Positions 29,551-36,170 of a stretch of DNA of 36,170 nt are shown piece by piece (position 1 is the stretch's first letter; each line of letters begins with the position of its first letter). The stretch comes from Balanoglossus misakiensis. Its lineage: Eukaryota; Animalia; Hemichordata. Under the pieces are notes generated by a model. It searched no databases, was not told the origin of the DNA, and saw only the letters and a list, made by a program, of their open reading frames with translations. Made by a program: the position numbers and the translations under genes. Location of the stretch: positions 1 through 36,170 of the forward strand of contig JBECUI020000067.1 of NCBI GenBank assembly GCA_040954595.2. The letters run 5' to 3'.

Positions 29551-30330
29551 GTTTATTGTCGTTTATCTGAGGAAGGTTGATGCCGTAGGTTCGGTAGATA
29601 TTCTCCTGAGTGAGAACTGCATTAATAGGACCGCTTGTAATGACTGTGCTATTGAGGAGTATCAGGTAGTCAAAGTACTGGCGTACGGTATTGAGATCAT
29701 GATGTACAACGAGCAATGTCCGCTGTGCATCGCGTAGGCCTTGCAACACTGCGACTATTTCCTGTTCAGTTTTCTGGTCTACAGCAGCAAGCGGTTCATC
29801 AAGAAAATAAAGCTGTGCGTCTTGTACGAGGGATCGGGCAAGAAATACGCGCTGTTGTTGTCCGCCGGAGAGTTCACCGATTTGTGTATCTGCATGCTTC
29901 TGCATGCCGACTAGGTTCAGACTCTGCATTGCCTGTTCCGATGATGTTTCTTTACCCGACGAATCCAGCCGATTTGGCTGTAGAGCCCCATGAGTACTGC
30001 ATCAATAACGGTAATGGGATAGTGCCAATCCACGCTCTCGCGTTGGGGAATATACGAGATAAGTCGGCGCTGTTTTTTATATGGACGACCATAAATAAGG
30101 ATTCTTCCACTCAATCGCGGAACTATGCCCAGTATTGATTTGATAAGGGTTGTTTTTCCGGCACCGTTTGGACCGATTATTCCTACTAATTTCCCTTCCG
30201 GAATTTCTAAATGTACATCCCATAATGCGGGGATACTGCCATAGCTTACAGTGAGATCCGAGATGCGAAGAGGGGGGCTATCGCGGCGTTGTCTATATTC
30301 TTGTTGTTCTTTTTGAGTTCTAGTTTTCAT
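29540..30330 (-). CDS. troB: Metal ABC ATPase, one apparent frameshift near 29930
   Basis: GPNGAGKTT and YIPQR..VDW.YP in one piece; LSGGQQQRVFLAR, LDEP, VVHHDL in the other. Confidence 0.85.
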
Positions 30331-31286
30331 TGAGGAAATCGATATTGATTTCGGCGAGTGTACCGCCCAACCCTAGGGTAATATTTGTTATATTGGAGAG
30401 GATCATACCGATATACGTTGATGCGTTCGTATCTGCTGCACCCAGTGCATCGGAAAATAGCTCTCCTCCTATTCGTAATGGATAGTTACGGTTTGCTGTT
30501 CCTTCAATGAGTGCACGAATATATTTAATCTGATACTGAACTTTCAAAAAAGATTGCCGGAATTTTTTTTGAAACAATATAGTTGACCAGTGCATTAATA
30601 TCTGCAATACCGGCCTCACTTTCGGTGGATATACCTTGAATGCCAATCACTTCAAAGTCATATGCACGACCGAAGTAATTAAAGGCATCATGTGCGGTAA
30701 TTAATGTAACGCTGAGATACTGTTTGTAATGATGCACGAACATGGGCATGCAATGATTGAAGTTTTTCTTATATTTTTCTGCCTGTTCATAGTAGTATTC
30801 CTTATGTATTGATCGAAGGCACTGACACGGTCTCGAATACTCTCTACAACTTGTGTCCACAACTGTACGTCCATCCACAAATGGGGATCCGCTTCGGTCG
30901 TACCATCGGGGTAGATTAAGGTGTCTTTGGCGACATTATCACTTACTGCATATATGGCCCTGCTTGCTTTGACATGTCGTGCAAGGTGTTTGAGAGTTGT
31001 CCTTCAAGAAGTAATCCTACGTAGAATACTAGATCGGCTGCATTAATTTGCAGTATATCTTTCGAGAGGGCAAATACAGGTGCGGGTCGGTACCGGGTCC
31101 CATCAGTTCTGTTACAGTGGCATATTCTCCTGTTATGTTGCGTGTTGTATCTGCAAGCATACTGACTGTCGTAACGATTGTATACTTATTTGTAAGGGTA
31201 TCTAGCTTCTCTGCGGGAATCCACTGGGTCATAAATACCAGTAAGACGACGATAATAATGCTACTGTATCCAATATATTTTCTCAT
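30320..31286 (-). CDS. troA: Metal ABC substrate-binding protein (TroA family), several apparent frameshifts
   Basis: [18 protein letters not shown] (30870-30890), [35 protein letters not shown] spread over different frames. Confidence 0.85.
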
Positions 31287-31338
31287 ACATATTCTCTTTT
31301 TTATTGTCTATTATTATTTTTTGCCTATCATTAGAAAT

Positions 31339-31367
31339 ATTTTAGACTAATAGAAATTATTATGCAA
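31339..31367 (-). promoter_or_regulatory. Putative tro operon promoter
   Basis: Minus strand TTGCAT, 17 nt, TAAAAT. Confidence 0.55.
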
Positions 31368-31405
31368 GAGGGTAATAATAAATAATGAAAAAAAATGTTA
31401 TAGGG

Positions 31406-32003
31406 CTAGACTAATGTAATGCCTGCTGATTCCATTGTACGTAATGCGGTGGAAGAATCGTCGGGCTGTAAATTGACTCCACGTGATGCCTCGACATAGA
31501 AGTATGTCTGAAATCCTTCTTGTAATGCATCAAGTGCAGTGTACAGGGCACAGTAATCGGTGGCTAGTCCGGATACGTAGAGGCTCTCTACTGATAGTGT
31601 TTGAAGCAGAGACCTTAGTCCGGTGGATTTTTTTCTGTCGTTATCGAAGAAGGCACTATAGCTATCGACTTTTGGGTCTGTGCCTTTACGAATGACATGT
31701 TGTATGCGGGCAATGTCTAAGTCGGCTGCCAAGGATGCACCGGCGGTGCCTTGCACTGCGTGTACGGGCCAGAGTATTTGCTGAACTCCGTGTAAATCAA
31801 TGATGTCTCCCGGGTTTTTGCCGGGGTGGTTTGCAGCAAAACTGCCATGATCTCGGGGATGGTAATCCATGCTTGCTATGACAATGGAAAATTCTTTCTG
31901 TAAAGTATTAATGACTGGAATTACTTCGTCCCCTGCAGGGACGGGAGTGCTCCATGAGGAAGAAAATCGTTTGCACATCAATAATGATTAATGCTTTCTT
32001 CAT
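31406..32003 (-). CDS. pncA: Nicotinamidase/pyrazinamidase, two apparent 1-nt deletions near the 5' end
   Basis: Repaired start MKKALIIIDVQNDFLPHGALPVP; D.HP..H.SF, LWP.H, RKG....DSYSAFFDN, GLATDYC. Confidence 0.9.
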
Positions 32004-32011
32004 ACTCTTTC

Positions 32012-32354
32012 TTATCCTGGGGGCCAGCTCATCTGCGTCCTGCTATAATATGGGCATGGAGATAATTCACGGTTTGCTGTCCGTTCTTCCCGACATTGAA
32101 TACGATACGATAGCCGTCTTTTGTTTCACTTTGCTGACTTGCAACGATAGCAATGCTTTGCATAAAATGCCCTAATAGTTCGGGATTTTTGTCATGGATG
32201 TCATCAAAATTTTCTATTCGTTCCTTGGGTATAACAAGGATATGCATAGGAGCCTGTGGTGCTATATCTCGAAAGGCACAGACCCATTGATCCTCATAAA
32301 CAATGTCAGCCTCTATTTCCCCAGTGAGGATCTTATCAAACATGTATCACCCAT
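32012..32354 (-). CDS. HIT family nucleotide hydrolase (HinT-like), apparent frameshifts at both ends
   Basis: FDKI..GEI, AFRDIAPQAP.HILVIPK, GQQTVNYLHAHII; the repaired end reads GR.MSWPPG*. Confidence 0.88.
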
Positions 32355-32411
32355 ATCTCTCTCCTTTTTTCTTTATGCAGACTGATATGATCTCCCATCA
32401 GTTGTGAAGCA

Positions 32412-33158
32412 TTACTGGCGTCCTCTGCCCATGAATCTGAGAAGAAACAGAAAAAGATTAATGAAATCTAAATACAGTTTCAATGCTCCAAGGATAGAGA
32501 GTCGCATAAAATCTTCTTTGCTCGCATGCGGACCAAGTTCGGTACCCCACCGTTGGATGATCTGCGTATCGTAGGCGGTTAATGCTGAAAAAAGCAGGAC
32601 GCCGGCAAATGAAATGATCCAGTACAACCCGGAACTCTGGAGAAACATATTTACCAAAGATGCAATAACAACACCAATCAGTGCCATAAACAGATAATTG
32701 CTGAGTTTGCTTAGATTCCGTTTCGTTGTTATACCGTAGAGGCTCATGGCACCGAATGTTGCTGCTGTAATAAAAAAGGTTCCGGCAACACTGGCACCGG
32801 TGTAGACCATGAGTATAAGTGACATGGTAATGCCGTTCAATGCAGCATACACGGCAAAACATATTGCGGCTGTTTGTGCCCTCATTTTTCTGATACGCAT
32901 TGATAAATAGAATACCAATCCTATTTCTGCAATGACTACAATAAACAATAGGCTCGGGTTGCGAGCAACAGAACTTAAAATAGATTGATTATTTGCTATG
33001 CTTAAGGCGATGGAAGCGGTAATAAGCAATCCTAGTGCCATCCATGTAAATACATTCCGTAGCAGACTCTGTTCCTGCTCTGCTACATGGGCAACAAAGG
33101 GTTGTTGCTTCATGTTTCCAGGTCTAATATTATTTTTCACTATAATTATCTCCTTCAA
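32412..33158 (-). CDS. Bax inhibitor-1/YccA (YbhL-like) membrane protein
   Basis: VFTWMALGL, YAALNG, G.TTK.NLS, TAYDTQ.I, GAL.LYLDFINLF; the start may be 33113. Confidence 0.92.
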   Translation of the reverse strand: MKEIIIVKNNIRPGNMKQQPFVAHVAEQEQSLLRNVFTWMALGLLITASIALSIANNQSILSSVARNPSLLFIVVIAEIGLVFYLSMRIRKMRAQTAAICFAVYAALNGITMSLILMVYTGASVAGTFFITAATFGAMSLYGITTKRNLSKLSNYLFMALIGVVIASLVNMFLQSSGLYWIISFAGVLLFSALTAYDTQIIQRWGTELGPHASKEDFMRLSILGALKLYLDFINLFLFLLRFMGRGRQ

Positions 33159-33267
33159 TGCTTCATAGTCGTACTATTACTTTTTCTTAGTATCTAACAT
33201 TTGTCAAGTGTTTATCTGCCTTTGCGTTATCGCCTCCTGAATTTATTTATTTCACATGAGTAACTAC

Positions 33268-33296
33268 TTGTATTTTGTGTTTATTCATGATATAAT
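33268..33296 (+). promoter_or_regulatory. Putative tRNA promoter
   Basis: TTGTAT, 17 nt, TGa-TATAAT. Confidence 0.6.
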
Positions 33297-33325
33297 GATG
33301 CCTTCTTTGTGTGCTTGCGAAGAAA

Positions 33326-33400
33326 CGGGCTGTAGCGCAGATGGGTTAGCGCACATGTCTGGGGGACATGGGGTCGCTGGTTCAAGTCCAGTCAGCCCGA
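33326..33400 (+). tRNA. tRNA-Pro(GGG), CCA not encoded
   Basis: Acceptor stem CGGGCTG/CAGCCCG+A, D arm GCGC..GCGC, anticodon arm CATGT-CT GGG GG-ACATG, T arm GCTGG TTCAAGT CCAGT. Confidence 0.97.
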
Positions 33401-33512
33401 TATTTCGGGAGAATGTTGATTACTACCGTAGCACCAGCTGCAAGCGTGCTAACTGGGTCTATTCATGAATTTACAACAACGCACCCAGAACGTTGGTGGG
33501 TATTGGGAGGGG

Positions 33513-33540
33513 TTGAAATTTTTGAAATATACTATATAAT
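33513..33540 (+). promoter_or_regulatory. Putative promoter of the TA operon
   Basis: TTGAAA, 16 nt, TATAAT; a tandem TTGAAAT repeat overlaps it. Confidence 0.5.
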
Positions 33541-33560
33541 ATAAAGTGAGGGATGTTAGT

Positions 33561-34094
33561 ATGAATTACATGAATTTAGAAGACGCTGTACTGTATGTTA
33601 TAAAGTTATCTCCACCTACAGCAGTACATCTTAATAAGATACTATGGTTTGCTGATAAAAAGTCCTACCACGATCGACAGATAGCAGTTACGAATGCCAA
33701 ATACATAAAAAACCATTTTGGACCAACAATAAAGGGCTTGCCCGCGCTTATTGATACATTGGAATATGGTCGTAAGTTTATCAAACAAATATCGTACAGT
33801 TACGATGAACTGCAGTATACAGAATATGTTCTACTGGATAAAGGAAAGAAGTATTTAGAAGCTCTTACTATACCAGATGAATCCAGGGAATATATTGATG
33901 CAGTATATGACGAATTAAAGCAATATTCAGCCAAAGCTATATCGGATAAAACACATGATGACTTTTATAACATGACAACATTATATGATGATATGCCTAT
34001 TGAGTTGACGACTATAACACATAGAGATCCGACCGATGAGGAAATACGGGCAGCAGAAAAAAGAATCCAGGAACTCAATAGGGAGCATGCATAA
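33561..34094 (+). CDS. Panacea (DUF4065/SocA-like) antitoxin
   Basis: LNKILWFAD..SY.....VT...Y.K..FGP and YSA..IS..TH motifs. The ATG at 33561 follows GAGGGA; an alternative GTG start is at 33546. Confidence 0.82.
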   Translation: MNYMNLEDAVLYVIKLSPPTAVHLNKILWFADKKSYHDRQIAVTNAKYIKNHFGPTIKGLPALIDTLEYGRKFIKQISYSYDELQYTEYVLLDKGKKYLEALTIPDESREYIDAVYDELKQYSAKAISDKTHDDFYNMTTLYDDMPIELTTITHRDPTDEEIRAAEKRIQELNREHA

Positions 34095-34371
34095 GTTGGG
34101 ATATTCTGTTCAATGGTTAGATAGAAATTTAGAGAAAAGACTGAAAGAACTAAACGAGAAATTTTTATTGATTGTGAAATCCATTGTCCTCAATCCGAAT
34201 AATAAGTATTCTCAGTCCTGTGGGGGAACATACATGCAGTTCCCCACGAAAATATATGCCATTACTGATGAGCACTGTGGTCCTATCGCCATTACGTATG
34301 CAGTGGATGAGGCTAGCAAGGTAGTGCATATTCTTTCGGTCAGCCTAAATAATATTGAAATAAAAGCGTAG
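34087..34371 (+). CDS. Putative toxin, RelE/ParE-like fold (94 aa)
   Basis: Overlaps the antitoxin end by 8 nt and has GGGAG upstream; Y.VQW...LEKRLKEL...I..NP...ITYAVDE..KVVHILSV pattern. Confidence 0.55.
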   Translation: MHKLGYSVQWLDRNLEKRLKELNEKFLLIVKSIVLNPNNKYSQSCGGTYMQFPTKIYAITDEHCGPIAITYAVDEASKVVHILSVSLNNIEIKA

Positions 34372-34483
34372 TGCGGGATTAGTCAGGCTTTTGACTGAAA
34401 AAGCAATGCAGCGGAAAGTAACCGAGACCATGGGGTTTTGCTTAAATTTTTATGGTAGCGTTCCCGCCATGCACAAATTTTTG

Positions 34484-34871
34484 GTATGAGCTTTGCCATC
34501 CACAGCCCCCACCCATCAGGGGTGGTATTAATAATTACCGCGAAAAGTGCCTGTTTGATTGAAAGTTTGAGCGGAGGAATTGATCTTGTAGGGTGCTTTC
34601 TTCTGATAATTTTTACTTAAATTTATACTTAAAATTTAGTATAAGCTTTGCCATCCACAACCCCCACCCTTAAGGGGCGGTATAAGGTACTACTGCGAAA
34701 TATGGCAGTTTGCTTGAGACTTTTGCCCTGCCGGCACACAAGAATCGCCGTACGCCCCTGCAAAACTACTACACAAATGTTAAGTAGTTTTTTGTATAAG
34801 CTTTGCCATCCACAGCCCCCACCCATCAGGGGCGGTATTAAGAATTACTGCAAAAGTGGCAGTTTGATTGA
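34484..34871. repeat. Three-copy array with a 155-bp period: 78-79-bp conserved core and 76-bp dissimilar spacers
   Basis: Cores at 34484-34562, 34639-34717 and 34794-34871, consensus GTATRAGCTTTGCCATCCACARCCCCCACCCWTMAGGGGYGGTAT...TACYGC.AAA..TG.C.GTTTGMTTGA. Confidence 0.92.
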
Positions 34872-35088
34872 GGTTTTCACCAGATTATTATCTTTTTTTT
34901 TCCATACATTATTCCCCCTAAAAAACAAAAACAGAGAAAAATACTGTTTTTTTAGTCCCAGTATTATCTCTATAATTTATGTTCTATCTATAATTGATTC
35001 CCGTAATTTCTAATTTTTACTCATATTAGAGGTCTAATAGGGGGTGGGGGGGGGGCATGACACTTTTTGTATTTTCTGAAGAAAATAC

Positions 35089-35117
35089 TTGACTTTTCTT
35101 GCTTTTTGTCTTATCAT
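35089..35117 (+). promoter_or_regulatory. Putative promoter of the FN3 lipoprotein gene
   Basis: TTGACT, 17 nt, TATCAT; GGAGGG RBS before the ATG at 35148. Confidence 0.55.
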
Positions 35118-35147
35118 TGTTTTATATATCATCCTTTGGAGGGCGCT

Positions 35148-36170
35148 ATGCGTGTATTATTCTATATCTGTTTTGGCACTGAGCCTCATGCTCAGTGTGT
35201 TTGTTTCCTGTGCTGATACTGGAACAGCCAGTGTTACCACTGTTTCCCCTGTTACGAAAGTTTCAGCTTGGTTTGTCGGACGGAAGTACGGTCCAAGTCG
35301 AATTTACTGCAGCCGAACCTGCTGTGAACTATCGGGTTCAGTTGACTCCTGATAGTGGGCTTCCCATCAATAAAACAGTTCCCAATACCTGTAACCGGTA
35401 CCGGAGTCATCTCACTATCAGTTACCTTCGATACTGATGAGTTAGCAGCAAACACAAGCTACACCCTCTCGGTTATTGCAGTAAAACAGGATATCGATTC
35501 TTCAGCAACTGTAGCAGCAGAGCCACTGCAGACTGGTAGTAGCTTAGATGCTCCTTCAAACTTTGCAGGTAACTGCAGCAGTAGGAATTGCTTACTGTAC
35601 AATGGGACGCTCCTGCAGGAGATCCTGGTTATGTCCTATACCGTTACACTCACCTCACCGGATGGAGAGGCACAAGAGTATACGACCGGCAATACATTTA
35701 TCGATATCACTGAACTTAATGATGAAACCGAATATGATGTAAGGGTTGTCGCAAACATAGATGAGGGAACCTCATCCACCAGTATCCGACCCGTCTCGGG
35801 ACCGGTAAAGACACCGCGCACCATTGCCGGCATTACCAATCTCACAACAAGAGATGCAACCACAGCTACTGATGTACAGCTTCTCATACAATGGACACCC
35901 TCAGTAGCAAGCGGAATTACCCACTATGCCATTTCCCTGATACCGCTTACAGTCGATGTGCCCGAATTAACATACGAAGCGACACCAGCAGAGCTGGTTG
36001 CAGAAGCTGATGGAAATGTTTCCTACACCGTCAGTGGCTTACGCAGTACAGTCGAGTATACTGTTTCGGTCGTAGTCCATACAGCAGACGGAGAATCACT
36101 GCCAACAACAATCACCATTACCACCGGGAACACCGACCAATCGGGACCACCGGGAGCAGTCAGCAATATC
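35148..36170 (+). CDS. Fibronectin type III repeat lipoprotein, frameshifted, 3'-partial
   Basis: Signal peptide with lipobox ...LSVFVS-C; FN3-like segments LAANTSYTLSVIAV, VQWDAP, ITELNDETEYDVRVVA, IQWTP, VSGLRSTVEYTVSVVV. It is missing from the ORF track because it runs off the window. Confidence 0.75.

Noticed and set aside
28225-32354. Genuine pseudogenisation or programmed frameshifting of tro, pncA and HIT
   Set aside because: The traced breaks are all 1-nt deletions in unrelated adjacent genes with intact motifs; sequencing error is the simpler explanation.
33256-33468. 70-aa ORF
   Set aside because: It is a shadow ORF over tRNA-Pro and its promoter.
34381-34396. Terminator after the putative toxin (AGTCA-N6-TGACT)
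   Set aside because: The stem is short and weak and is followed by As rather than Us.
34484-34871. CRISPR array
   Set aside because: Repeats of about 79 bp and spacers of 76 bp are well outside CRISPR ranges, the repeats are 9-14% divergent, and no cas genes are in the window.
34629-35013. ORFs 34629-34826(-) and 34648-35013(+) across the array
   Set aside because: The 155-bp period is not a multiple of three, the frame is not kept between copies, and no protein family is recognisable.
33326-35100. tRNA-anchored integrative element with attL/attR
   Set aside because: No duplicate of the tRNA 3' end and no integrase were found in the window.

Overview
Bacterial chromosomal window, most likely a spirochaete (inference from the troABCD-type operon, a spirochaete-like lipobox and an archaeal-type non-discriminating AspRS beside gatCAB). 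From left to right: a 5'-truncated PKD/beta-helix surface protein; an inositol/sugar cluster (oxidoreductase, ABC ATPase, iolE); ACT + UPF0210; a DtxR-family regulator; hisA and hisE with a degenerate HisI part; gatCAB-aspS; an AT-rich defence island (type III res-mod, then a Shedu/DUF4263 nuclease bracketed by 128-bp direct repeats derived from the C-terminus of a second mod gene); a histidine phosphatase; a NadR-like gene; a polar amino-acid ABC pair; a TPP riboswitch leading thiBPQ; a minus-strand troABCD operon, pncA, HIT and a BI-1 family gene; tRNA-Pro(GGG); a Panacea antitoxin with a RelE/ParE-like partner; an unexplained three-unit array with a 155-bp period (79-bp conserved core, dissimilar 76-bp spacers); and a 3'-truncated FN3 lipoprotein. 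Many single-base deletions after about 28.7 kb look like long-read errors rather than gene decay. The best candidates for novelty are the 155-bp array next to the Panacea TA pair and the repeat-flanked Shedu cassette inside the type III R-M locus.
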